Source: Candidatus Aenigmatarchaeota archaeon (lineage in GTDB: Archaea > Aenigmatarchaeota > Aenigmatarchaeia > Aenigmatarchaeales > Aenigmatarchaeaceae). From it: a stretch of 64,000 bases of DNA. Every line of letters begins with the position of its first letter. The stretch's first letter is position 1. The translations under genes were made by a program, and so were the position numbers. The stretch spans positions 7,253 through 71,252 of the forward strand of contig JBDRJK010000021.1 of NCBI GenBank assembly GCA_043814985.1, in the 5' to 3' direction. The notes under the pieces are model-generated. The model made no database searches and had not been told where the DNA came from. It saw nothing but the letters and a program-made list of their open reading frames with translations. Of this stretch, positions 36,479-45,624 are shown piece after piece.

Positions 36479-39193
36479 ATGATAAAGAAAAAATCCTTGA
36501 GCAATCTGCCCCACTCACAGACTGTTGAAGAGATACTGCAGACATTATCTTCTAACATAAATGGGTTTTCTGAGAAAGAAGCAAAAACTCGCTTAGAAAA
36601 ATTTGGTGTTAATGAAATACCTGAAAAAAAAGCTAGACACCCTGTTTTAATTTTTCTTAAACAATTCCATAGTATTCTGATTTATATTCTTATTATTGCC
36701 GCTGTTATTTCCTCCCTTTCTGGTGATCTAATTGATGTTTACATAATCACTGGTGTTATTTTAATTAATGCCGTAATGGGGTTTGTGCAAGAGCGTAGAG
36801 CTGACCAATCAATCCAAGCATTGAAAAAGATGATCGTACCCCACGCAAAAGTTTATAGGGAAGGAGAATTATTACAAATAGCTGCAAGGGAATTGGTGCC
36901 TGGTGACATTGTCTTATTGGAAGAAGGTGACAAGGTTCCTGCTGATGCAAGACTTCTAGAAATAAAAATTTTTAGGACCGTAGAAGCGTCTTTGACAGGA
37001 GAATCGCTTCCTGTTGAAAAAGACATTAAAGTATTGTCTGAAAGAACTGCTTTGGCTGATTGTAAAAACATGGTTTGGATGGGCACTTTCGTTGCAAGGG
37101 GACAGGCTAAGGCAGTTGTCACTGCAACAGGCATCAATACAGCATTTGGTAAAATAGCCCAAGACATAGAAAAAATAAAAAGAGTAAAGGGGCATTTTAA
37201 AGAAAAGACTGACAAGCTGGCAAAACAAATGGGTATTATTGCAGCTGTTGGCGCGTCAGTAACATTCATTATCGGCTTCTTTATTAGAGGTTTTGAGTTT
37301 TTAGAAATATTCCGTTTTACCTTGGCTTCTCTTGTTTCCGGGATTCCAGAAGGATTGCCCGCGGTATTGGTAATTGTGCTTTCTATTGGTGCACATAGAA
37401 TGGCAAAGAAAAATGCTATCATTAGAACATTGCCATCAACAGAAACACTTGGTGTAGTAACAGTCATTATGACAGACAAGACGGGAACACTTACGGAAAA
37501 TACTATGAATGTGGAAAAAATAATTTTGCCGAATGAAACTGAGATTACAGTGTCTGGAAAGGGCTGGATACCTTCTGGAAGTTTTTTCCAAGAAGAAAAA
37601 ATTATTCATCCTTCAGGAAACCCCTCTTTAGCAAAACTTCTCGAGATTGCTGCTATATCCAGCGATGCTGAGCTTTTAAGAGAAAAAGATCGCTATGAAA
37701 TTATCGGAGACCCAACTGAAGCTGCCCTTACTGTCTTAGCAGAAAAAGCAGGGATAAAAAAAGAAAAAATATTAGAAAAAGTAAAAGAAATAGACGAACT
37801 GCCCTTTAGTCAAGAATTAAGATGTGAGGCATCTCTTTTAATTTTTCCAGAAAAATCTAAAAAGAAAGAAGTTTATGTTGTCGGTGCTCCTGAAGCTATT
37901 CTCAATCATTCCGCATACGTTCTTGAAAACAATAAATGTAAAAAAATGACTAAAAAACAGCGTGAAGATATTTCAGCTCAAGTAGAGCAATTAACAAAAA
38001 AAACAATGAGAGTTCTTGCTTTAGCCTATAAAGAAGTGCCACAACATATAGATGGCTTATCAGAAAATTTAGTTAGTAGACTTGTTTTCGTTGGTATTGT
38101 TGGTATGAAGGATCCCCCAAGGCCAGAAGTGAAAGAAGCTATTGTCAAAGCCAAGAAAGCTGGCATTAGAATTATTATGACAACAGGAGACCATAAAGGC
38201 ACGGCTGTTGCAATTGCCAAAGAAGTTGGTCTTATTGACAAAAAATCAAAAAGCAGATATCCTGAAGCTTTCACAGGCCAAGAATTATCAGAATTGTCAG
38301 AAAAGGAATTTGGAGACACAGTAAAAAATGTTTCTGTATTTGCTCGTCTAACACCAAATATGAAGTTAAGGATTGCTGAAACATTACAAAAACAGGGTCA
38401 TGTTGTAGCAATGACAGGAGATGGTGTGAACGATGCACCTGCCCTGAAAAAAGCAGATGTTGGTATTGCAATGGGGATAATTGGTACTGATGTGTCTAGA
38501 GAATCTAGTGAGATTGTGCTTGCTGATGATAATTTTGCTTCTATTGTTAGTGCAATAGAAGAAGGAAGAATTGTTTTTAAAAATACCCGTCAGGCAAGTT
38601 CTTTCCTTGTCACCACCAGTTTTGCGGAAGATATAGCTATTATAACTACAATGCTTTTCGGTCTGCCTTTGCCTCTGTTGCCCGTTCAGATACTCTGGCT
38701 CAACTTGGTCACAGATGGCGTCTCTGATGTTGCATTGGCTGCTGAACCAGGTCATGGAGATGTCTTGGAGGAAGTGCCGCGAAAATCCAAAGAGGGTATC
38801 TTGTCAAAGGAGATAATACCGTTTCTACTTTTAATGACCTGTATTATGGTCGTTTTTACGCTAGCTATTTTCAATAGTTATCTGCCTCAGGGAGAAGAGA
38901 AGGCGCGAACAGTAGCTTTTGTCGTTATGGCGTTCACCCAACTCTTTAACGTTCTTAACATGCGTTCTCTTAAGAAATCCATTTTCAAGATAGGCTTCTT
39001 TAGCAACAGGTACATTGTCGTATCTCTGCTAATCTCAATCACACTTTTGCTTATGGTGATATATACGCCGTTTTTCCAAACCATATTCCAGTTTGTTCCA
39101 TTGAGCTTTGTGGAATTATTGACGATATTCCTTCTATCGTCCACGGTCTTCTGGTTCGGCGAGCTATACAAATTTATAAAGAAGAAAATTTGA
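36479..39193 (+). CDS. Second P-type (IIA-like) cation ATPase
   Basis: LTGES, IPEGLP, DKTGT, MTGDGVNDAPALK, LWLNLVTDG. Confidence 0.95.
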   Translation: MIKKKSLSNLPHSQTVEEILQTLSSNINGFSEKEAKTRLEKFGVNEIPEKKARHPVLIFLKQFHSILIYILIIAAVISSLSGDLIDVYIITGVILINAVMGFVQERRADQSIQALKKMIVPHAKVYREGELLQIAARELVPGDIVLLEEGDKVPADARLLEIKIFRTVEASLTGESLPVEKDIKVLSERTALADCKNMVWMGTFVARGQAKAVVTATGINTAFGKIAQDIEKIKRVKGHFKEKTDKLAKQMGIIAAVGASVTFIIGFFIRGFEFLEIFRFTLASLVSGIPEGLPAVLVIVLSIGAHRMAKKNAIIRTLPSTETLGVVTVIMTDKTGTLTENTMNVEKIILPNETEITVSGKGWIPSGSFFQEEKIIHPSGNPSLAKLLEIAAISSDAELLREKDRYEIIGDPTEAALTVLAEKAGIKKEKILEKVKEIDELPFSQELRCEASLLIFPEKSKKKEVYVVGAPEAILNHSAYVLENNKCKKMTKKQREDISAQVEQLTKKTMRVLALAYKEVPQHIDGLSENLVSRLVFVGIVGMKDPPRPEVKEAIVKAKKAGIRIIMTTGDHKGTAVAIAKEVGLIDKKSKSRYPEAFTGQELSELSEKEFGDTVKNVSVFARLTPNMKLRIAETLQKQGHVVAMTGDGVNDAPALKKADVGIAMGIIGTDVSRESSEIVLADDNFASIVSAIEEGRIVFKNTRQASSFLVTTSFAEDIAIITTMLFGLPLPLLPVQILWLNLVTDGVSDVALAAEPGHGDVLEEVPRKSKEGILSKEIIPFLLLMTCIMVVFTLAIFNSYLPQGEEKARTVAFVVMAFTQLFNVLNMRSLKKSIFKIGFFSNRYIVVSLLISITLLLMVIYTPFFQTIFQFVPLSFVELLTIFLLSSTVFWFGELYKFIKKKI

Positions 39194-39257
39194 TTTCGCT
39201 GTATGTTATTCTGGCAAGATAGTTAATAATAAGAACTGGTCGCAGTAAAATAAAGTT

Positions 39258-40142
39258 ATGATACAGACTTTTTTCGCAGCCCTGTTTTTGATATTGGGGC
39301 TCTCATTCACCATACATTCGTTTTTCTACGAGAAGAAGAACCTTATTTTCATAATTGGCTTGATGGTATTCTCAATCATATCACTTTTCTACTGGTACAT
39401 CTCAATACTTGTTCTGATTCTATTTACTTTATACAAGAAGTACGACTTCGGCGAGTTTGCCACGCTCAACATGTTCACTGCAGTTCTCATGGCCTGGTTT
39501 TTTTTGAATTTGTTCTTGCTGAACCTTAACATCTCCTTTTACCTGATAGCAATGGTCTCCTTGGTTGCAATGTCTTTGTTGGCCATATTCGGCATATTCG
39601 AGCAGAAGCTGAAAAAGTACATCCTGATATCAAACATAATACAGATACTTTTTGTTGTTCTGGATTTGTCTGTCACCAAGATGCTGGGGAAGATGGGTGT
39701 CCTGAGTACCATCCAGATTTTCAACTATACATTCGCAGGCCTGACCTTCTTCCTTACACTGTGGATTTTCGGAAGGAAAAAAGTTTTGATAAATGAGCTT
39801 GAAGGTTCATATTTCGCGAGCAGGGCGAACGACATATTTGCAACAATAGCTTGCTTATCATTAGCAGGACTGCCAGCTTTCAACATGTTCGTTTCAGAAT
39901 GGTTTCTGTTTGTGGGAAGCTTTGCCTTAACACCGATAATAACAGTAATGGGCATCTTCCTTGCTCTGTTGCTTTTCATAATGTACTACAAGATTGTTTA
40001 TGTTCTGCTTGTTGGCGAGGGCAGGCAGAAGACTATCCCGCAACCAATAACAATAGTTAACGGAATCTTAGCTGTTACTTGCGTTATTTTGGGGCTGTTG
40101 CCTTGGTTACAATTAGAGATACTAACGAGGGTGGTAATATGA
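39258..40142 (+). CDS. Short antiporter-like (NuoL/M/N, MrpD/MbhH-like) hydrogenase membrane subunit
   Basis: LSLAGLPAFNMFVSEW; first gene of the hydrogenase operon. Confidence 0.75.
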   Translation: MIQTFFAALFLILGLSFTIHSFFYEKKNLIFIIGLMVFSIISLFYWYISILVLILFTLYKKYDFGEFATLNMFTAVLMAWFFLNLFLLNLNISFYLIAMVSLVAMSLLAIFGIFEQKLKKYILISNIIQILFVVLDLSVTKMLGKMGVLSTIQIFNYTFAGLTFFLTLWIFGRKKVLINELEGSYFASRANDIFATIACLSLAGLPAFNMFVSEWFLFVGSFALTPIITVMGIFLALLLFIMYYKIVYVLLVGEGRQKTIPQPITIVNGILAVTCVILGLLPWLQLEILTRVVI

Positions 40143-40309
40143 AGAGGAAAAAAACAAAGCACATACATGACATCTACATGGGAGGAGAAAGGGACCCGGA
40201 GAAGCTGATCATTCCAGAGGACTTGGGAAAGTTCTTTGACAAGAAAATGGTTTTCCTGGTGTTCTTCGTATTATTGATAATGCTTTTGATTGCAGGTGTT
40301 GGTCTATGA
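40139..40309 (+). CDS. Small hydrogenase-associated membrane protein (56 aa)
   Basis: MKRKKTKHIHDIYMGGERDP plus one TM; ATGA overlaps on both sides. Confidence 0.65.
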   Translation: MKRKKTKHIHDIYMGGERDPEKLIIPEDLGKFFDKKMVFLVFFVLLIMLLIAGVGL

Positions 40310-40734
40310 AAAAAATAATAAAGTCCCCCTGGATTACTAATTTCGATGCAGGCGGGTGCAACGGATGCATACTGGAGATATTCGCTTTATTGACACCCAG
40401 ATATGATATTGAAAGGTTCGGTTGTCTGTTGAAAGCAAGCGCAAGGCATGCAGACATCCTGATAGTTAGCGGGATTGTCAATAGGCAGAACAAGGAGAGG
40501 TTGAAAACTATTTACGATCAGATGGCAAAGGACAAGAAGGTTGTTGTAATAGGTTCCTGTGCAATAACTGGTGGACCTTTCAAGGATTGTTACAATTTCG
40601 CGGGTCCTGTTGACAAAGTGATACCAGTGGACATGTACATTCCTGGTTGCCCGCCAAGACCAGAAGCTATAATAGAAGGACTAGTAAAACTGTTAGGTAG
40701 TTTGAATGATAAAAGTAAGAAACAGAATAAATAA
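40306..40734 (+). CDS. Group 4 [NiFe]-hydrogenase small subunit (EchC/MbhJ/NuoB-like)
   Basis: GGCNGC, YDIERFG, GSCAITGG, PVDMYIPGCPPRP. Confidence 0.93.
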   Translation: MKKIIKSPWITNFDAGGCNGCILEIFALLTPRYDIERFGCLLKASARHADILIVSGIVNRQNKERLKTIYDQMAKDKKVVVIGSCAITGGPFKDCYNFAGPVDKVIPVDMYIPGCPPRPEAIIEGLVKLLGSLNDKSKKQNK

Positions 40735-41023
40735 GTATTCGAGGCTGATAGCAATTGTCTGCAGAGACGAGAATGACTTTTACTTAGATTACTATTTCGA
40801 TTACAATGGCAGGATATCTGTTTTGAAGTTCAAGGTTCCCAAGAAAAAGCCAGTGATAGAAAGCATAGTGGCAGACTATCCAGGCGCAGACTATTTCGAG
40901 AGGGAGATACACGACTTCTTTGGTGTCGAGTTCAGCGGCAACCCGAATCTTCACCTTAAATTGTTCCTGCCGGACAATTGGAACAAGAAGCCGCCCATGT
41001 TGAAGGATGATAAGAATGCATGA
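40706..41023 (+). CDS. NuoC/EchD/MbhK-like subunit
   Basis: EREIHDFFGVEFSGNP. Confidence 0.88.
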   Translation: MIKVRNRINKYSRLIAIVCRDENDFYLDYYFDYNGRISVLKFKVPKKKPVIESIVADYPGADYFEREIHDFFGVEFSGNPNLHLKLFLPDNWNKKPPMLKDDKNA

Positions 41024-42185
41024 TATGAAGCACGACTACACAATACCCTTGGGTCCCCAGCACCCGACCCTGAAAGAGCCAATGTGCATAAGGGTCAGCT
41101 TGGACGGGAGTGTCATCAAAGATGTTAATGTGAGGATGGGCTATACTCATAAGGGGATTGAAAAGGTTATGGAAGGAAAGAACCCTGATTCTGCCCTTTA
41201 TGTTTCACAGAGAATATGCGGCATATGCTCTGCTGCCCATGAGAATGCCTACTGCAGGACTGTTGAAGCTATTTTGAATTATGATCCTGAACCAAAGGTC
41301 AAGTACCTGAGAGCATTGATGATGGAATTGGAAAGAATGCACAGCCATTTGTTATGGTTGGGTGTCATTGCCCATGAGATAGGCTACGAGACTCTGTTCA
41401 TGTACTTCTGGAGGGAGAGGGAAAAGATAATAGACATTTTCGAGAAGATGACAGGTGGTAGGGTTCACCATAACTTCAACAAGATAAGGACAGTCAGGTT
41501 TGATTTCGAGCACGGCAACAAGGAGTTCATCTTGAAAAGGCTTAACAGCGTCAAGAAAAAGGTGGACGACTACTTGAGCGAAATCAATTCCGACAATGTC
41601 ATAAGTTCGAGATTGAAAGACATCGGGATAATAACCAACAGCGATGCAAAGAGGTACTGCTTGACAGGTCCCAATGCAAGGGGAAGCGGAGTCTCTTGTG
41701 ATGTGAGAAAGTACGACCCGCCCTACAAGATATACAAGAATTTCGATTTCAACGAGATTATTGAAGACAGGGGAGATTCCTTTGCCAGGACTTCCGTCAG
41801 AATAAAAGAGCTTCTGGAATCAATAAAAATAATAAAACAATGTTTGGACATGATGCCTCAGAAGAGAATACCAAAGTTCTCGTTCACCAACATACCGCAG
41901 GGCGAGGGAATTGGGAGGGTCGAGGCTCCAAGAGGCGAGTTGTTCTACTACATCAAATTCAAGGACAACAAGATTGACAGGGTGAAGATGAGAACACCCA
42001 CCTTCGGCTATTTCAAGATAGCTGAAAAGATTCTGGTTGGAAGAAGAATCGGGGACGTGCCAGTCATAATCGGTTCACTTGACCCATGCTTCAGTTGCAT
42101 GGAAAGGGTGATGGTTGTCAAGGACGGAAAGTCTGAGATGCTTAATGAGATCAACTTCAGGAGGAAGTATCTATGTACGAAATAA
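41007..42185 (+). CDS. Group 4 [NiFe]-hydrogenase large subunit (EchE/MbhL-like)
   Basis: GPQHP, RICGICS (L1), EAPRGE, DPCFSCMER (L2) plus a C-terminal extension. Confidence 0.93.
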   Translation: MIRMHDMKHDYTIPLGPQHPTLKEPMCIRVSLDGSVIKDVNVRMGYTHKGIEKVMEGKNPDSALYVSQRICGICSAAHENAYCRTVEAILNYDPEPKVKYLRALMMELERMHSHLLWLGVIAHEIGYETLFMYFWREREKIIDIFEKMTGGRVHHNFNKIRTVRFDFEHGNKEFILKRLNSVKKKVDDYLSEINSDNVISSRLKDIGIITNSDAKRYCLTGPNARGSGVSCDVRKYDPPYKIYKNFDFNEIIEDRGDSFARTSVRIKELLESIKIIKQCLDMMPQKRIPKFSFTNIPQGEGIGRVEAPRGELFYYIKFKDNKIDRVKMRTPTFGYFKIAEKILVGRRIGDVPVIIGSLDPCFSCMERVMVVKDGKSEMLNEINFRRKYLCTK

Positions 42186-43027
42186 TTTTTCTTGTGCTGG
42201 TCCCTTTCCTTGCGTTACTATATGAGGGATTCTTCAGAAAACTAAATGCAAGATTCCAGAACAGGATAGGGCCGCCAATACTGCAGCCCTTCTATGACAT
42301 AATGAAACTTTGGGAGAAAAAGCCGCTGAAGAGCCAGAACGATCCCTTCTACAAGTATTCACCATTATTATATTTCATTTCAGTTTATGCATTATTCCTG
42401 TTCATTCCATTCTCCATAATAAGTTTCCAGTATGATTTTGTCTTGCTGCTCTATCTCACAATACTGGCAAGCGCCTTCTATGTTCTAGCTGGTTTGTCCT
42501 CTGACAATCCCTTCGGTATTATTGGTTCAATGAGAGAAATGATACTGATGATAACCTATGAGATCACCCTTGTCATAACAGTCTTCAACTTCATCATGTT
42601 TTCTGGAGTTCTCTCTTTTGCTGATTTCAATTCTAACCTGTTGATACTATCCCTTCCGCTATCCGCGATAGGATTGGCAATTGTATCTTTAGTTGAGGTC
42701 CACATAACGCCCTTTGACACAACAGAGGCCAAGACAGAAATAATGGGAGGCAGCACCACAGAGTATAGCGGAAGGAACTTGGCTCTGATGAAGATGTCAA
42801 TGGTAATGAAGAGGCTGTTCTTCATTTTCCTTTTGCCTTTCCTTTTGTTCGGGAGAGATCTTATGATTCTTATACCAGCTAGTTTCGTCTTCCTGTTCAT
42901 CTATGCCCTGTCACAGGCAACAACTTCCAGATACAGGGTTGATCAGGCTTTCAAGGTATACTTCTACATCATGGTACTTGTCCTGATAGATTTCATTCTG
43001 ATAATGAGGGGGATAGTATGGGCATAA
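42173..43027 (+). CDS. NuoH/EchB/MbhM-like membrane subunit
   Basis: ARFQNRIGPPILQPFYD, PFD..EA..EI.GG..TEYSG. Confidence 0.92.
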   Translation: MYEIIFLVLVPFLALLYEGFFRKLNARFQNRIGPPILQPFYDIMKLWEKKPLKSQNDPFYKYSPLLYFISVYALFLFIPFSIISFQYDFVLLLYLTILASAFYVLAGLSSDNPFGIIGSMREMILMITYEITLVITVFNFIMFSGVLSFADFNSNLLILSLPLSAIGLAIVSLVEVHITPFDTTEAKTEIMGGSTTEYSGRNLALMKMSMVMKRLFFIFLLPFLLFGRDLMILIPASFVFLFIYALSQATTSRYRVDQAFKVYFYIMVLVLIDFILIMRGIVWA

Positions 43028-43353
43028 CAACCGAGGCAATAAAGAATCTATTCAAGAAGCCCTTCACAAGAAGATATCCCAAGGAAAAATTGAAACCCTA
43101 CAAGAGATTCCGCGGAAGAATCAAGTACTATCCCAAGAGGTGCATAGGTTGCAGGTTGTGCGAAAAGTACTGCCCTGTTGGTGCTGTCAAATTCCATAAG
43201 AAGGGAAAGATAGACTTTGATTTGGGAATATGCGTGACATGCGGTATGTGTCAGGATGTCTGCCCGACGCAACCTAAGTCAATAGAAATGACCAATGAGT
43301 TTGAATTTTCTAACAAGGACAAGAAAAAACTGAAAAATGTTGTAAATGAATAG
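43018..43353 (+). CDS. NuoI/EchF/MbhN-like 2x[4Fe-4S] subunit
   Basis: CIGCRLCEKYCP, CVTCGMCQDVCP. Confidence 0.92.
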   Translation: MGITTEAIKNLFKKPFTRRYPKEKLKPYKRFRGRIKYYPKRCIGCRLCEKYCPVGAVKFHKKGKIDFDLGICVTCGMCQDVCPTQPKSIEMTNEFEFSNKDKKKLKNVVNE

Positions 43354-44215
43354 GGAAAATCTTGGAGTATTGCTTGCTGTACTAACTGCCCTAGTCAGCG
43401 GTTTCTCCATAGTCGCCAACAAGTTCTTCCTAGTTTCATTAGATCCAACTCTTTTCACAGCACTTAGAACATTTTTTGTGGGCATGGGGTTCTTCCTGAT
43501 TTCATTTTATAAGAACAAGTTTAGCTTAAAGGATTTCAACAAGGTTTCTTGGAAGATGCTCTTGGCAATAGGAGTTGTTGCTGGGTTTGCTTTCCTAGCT
43601 TTCTTCAATGGATTAAAGATTACAACTGCTGGAAGGGCTGCCTTTCTTCACAAGTTATTACCACTGTTCGTTACAGTGCTAGCATTCTTCTTCCTAAAGG
43701 AGAAAATAACAAGAAAACAGGTCTATGCAATGCTTGTTATGATTCTGGGTACATACCTAATATCCTACAGTGCTATAACGTTTGATGTTGCCTTCGGGGA
43801 TTTGTTGATAATTGTTGCCACGATTCTGTTTGCCGTGGAGAACATAATGTCCAAGTACGCCATGACAAACAAGGAGTCGAATTTTGTTGTGTCATTTTGT
43901 AGAATGTTTTTTGCATCCCTTGTATTACTGTCAATTGTGTTGCTTGCAGGAAATTACGACCAGTTGCTTTTGTTGAATTATGAGCAGATATTGTATATCG
44001 GGACTTCCATTTCATTACTGTTCCTCTACGTGCTCTTCTGGTACTATTCGATAAGCCTGATAAAAGTATCAAAGGCGTCAACCCTTCTTTTGCTGTCGCC
44101 GTTCATTTCCCTGTTCATGTCATTCATGTTGTTGGGAGAAGCTTTTTTGCCGTTGCAGATTCTCGGTTCTGTCCTAATTCTTGTTGGGGCTTTCATTGTT
44201 TCAAGAGCTGGTTGA
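43346..44215 (+). CDS. EamA/DMT family transporter
   Basis: 10 TM, two repeats, FFLKEKI. Confidence 0.88.
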   Translation: MNRENLGVLLAVLTALVSGFSIVANKFFLVSLDPTLFTALRTFFVGMGFFLISFYKNKFSLKDFNKVSWKMLLAIGVVAGFAFLAFFNGLKITTAGRAAFLHKLLPLFVTVLAFFFLKEKITRKQVYAMLVMILGTYLISYSAITFDVAFGDLLIIVATILFAVENIMSKYAMTNKESNFVVSFCRMFFASLVLLSIVLLAGNYDQLLLLNYEQILYIGTSISLLFLYVLFWYYSISLIKVSKASTLLLLSPFISLFMSFMLLGEAFLPLQILGSVLILVGAFIVSRAG

Positions 44216-44603
44216 CATTTTCGACTATTTTCCCCATCTTGCTTTTCAGCTCTTCACTCATTTCAATTCCGAAGTCAATGCTCTTTGTCTGAATCCCTAT
44301 TATCTTTATTTTGGAATTGGGCAGAAACTTTTGAAGCAGGTCAAACGTTATGTTGTGGGTAGATATCACGACATTCTTTATGTCATTCAGTTCGAATGTC
44401 CTGACCTCGCCGACTTCCCCGTCAAACTGCAGAGCGTCAATAATCACTAATTCCTCGCAGATTTTCAGCTGGTCTATGAAGTTCTCAGGAGTGGTCTCTC
44501 CCTTTATTTTTTTGATGCCTTCAACATCCAGCTTATCTAGAACAATGTTTCCTATGTTGTCGTCACACTTGATGGGATTGCCGATGCTCATGACAGTTTT
44601 CAT
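44193..44603 (-). CDS. hycI: Hydrogenase maturation protease
   Basis: IGNPIKCDDNIG, TPEN, IIDA, ISTH. Confidence 0.88.
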   Translation of the reverse strand: MKTVMSIGNPIKCDDNIGNIVLDKLDVEGIKKIKGETTPENFIDQLKICEELVIIDALQFDGEVGEVRTFELNDIKNVVISTHNITFDLLQKFLPNSKIKIIGIQTKSIDFGIEMSEELKSKMGKIVENVNQLLKQ

Positions 44604-44617
44604 AAAATTTATTAGAT

Positions 44618-45163
44618 GTGGTTATACTTAATTATTATATGCTTAAGGAAGATAAGATAAGATTTTTGAAAATGGCCATTTCATGCCTGAGAAAGGGAGA
44701 TGATAAAAGACCTATATTCAGTCCTGATGTTCCTACAGATGAGGATGTTGAAATCATTAAGAAATCCTTGGAAACAGGGAATATTGAAGAGAATATGCTG
44801 AAGAGGTTTTTCCCGATAGCGTACAAGGGAGTTAGCGAGTATGGTTTCTTTGAATATTTTTTCTCAATACATAACATGAACATAGGCATGCTGGAAAAAT
44901 ACACTAAAGATAAATTGGTTGATTGGTGCACTGCCTTTCCGGGTAAGATAGTTGATAGAAAAGAATCCAAATGGGTTGTTGAAAGATATGATGGTAAAAG
45001 AATAATCTCAGACTCGGAGGCGTATCCGGGGATAACAATTGAGAAGGAATTAAAAATCGGGGACTTTGTCATACTTCACAGGGACAAGATTCACATGGTC
45101 TTGAATAAAGATGAATTTGAAACTGCCTTGAAATTCTATAATAAATTCAGAAATGAAAAGTAA
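44618..45163 (+). CDS. Hypothetical protein with a HypC-like OB-fold C-terminus
   Basis: WCTAFPGKIV...LKIGDFVILH; lies between hycI and a hypC-like gene. Confidence 0.65.
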   Translation: MVILNYYMLKEDKIRFLKMAISCLRKGDDKRPIFSPDVPTDEDVEIIKKSLETGNIEENMLKRFFPIAYKGVSEYGFFEYFFSIHNMNIGMLEKYTKDKLVDWCTAFPGKIVDRKESKWVVERYDGKRIISDSEAYPGITIEKELKIGDFVILHRDKIHMVLNKDEFETALKFYNKFRNEK

Positions 45164-45164
45164 A

Positions 45165-45245
45165 CTATCTTCTCTTCCTTCTCTTGATTTTCTTTTTCCT
45201 CTTCTTTTTCTTCTGCTTTTTGGTCAGCCTTTTTGTTTTTGCCAT
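45165..45245 (-). CDS. Tiny Lys/Arg-rich peptide (26 aa, not in ORF track)
   Basis: MAKTKRLTKKQKKKKRKKKIKRRKRR; TTTTATAT about 25-30 nt upstream. Confidence 0.55.
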   Translation of the reverse strand: MAKTKRLTKKQKKKKRKKKIKRRKRR

Positions 45246-45308
45246 GTTAAGAATATGTCAAATGAGAATATAAAATAATTTTATAAGAGGCAAAAACCAT
45301 TTAGGGAT

Positions 45309-45461
45309 ATGTGTTTAATTGAGAAAGGAACTGTTCTCGAAGTTAAAGGCAAGACCGCTATTGTCAATGTTAGTGGTATGAAGAAGGAAGTCACGGTCAC
45401 TGAGGATGTGGAAGTCGGTGACAGGATCAATGTTTTTCAGACTCTGGGGTTCAAAAAGTAA
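45309..45461 (+). CDS. hypC: HypC-like hydrogenase chaperone (50 aa, not in ORF track)
   Basis: MCLIEKGTVLEVKGKTAIVNVSGMKKEVTVTEDVEVGDRINVFQTLGFKK; TTTTATAA upstream. Confidence 0.75.
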   Translation: MCLIEKGTVLEVKGKTAIVNVSGMKKEVTVTEDVEVGDRINVFQTLGFKK

Positions 45462-45491
45462 TCTTAATTTTTGAATTTTCTAAAGAAAAAA

Positions 45492-45583
45492 TGGTAGCGG
45501 GGGCTGGATTTGAACCAGCGACCTTCGGGTATCTCATCAGAGATTATGAGCCCGACGGGCACTCCTGGCTGCCCTACCCCGCT
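45492..45583 (-). tRNA. Initiator tRNA-Met(CAU) with a 14-nt intron at 37/38 (45531-45544); CCA encoded
   Basis: AGCGGGG acceptor stem with A1-U72, GGG/CCC anticodon stem, CTCATA loop, GGTTCAAATCC T-arm, oligo-T downstream. Confidence 0.95.
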
Positions 45584-45624
45584 ATGTTCTAATAATAAGA
45601 TGTTAAAAGTTATATAAGCTTTTC

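Noticed and set aside
40306-43353. Complex I (nuo) or MBX/MBS sulfur reductase
   Set aside because: The large subunit has both CxxC Ni-binding motifs and a cleavable tail, with hycI and hypC-like genes adjacent
45165-45245. Firm call as ribosomal protein L41e
   Set aside because: Only size and charge match and the Trp-containing motif is missing, so it is kept as a hypothesis
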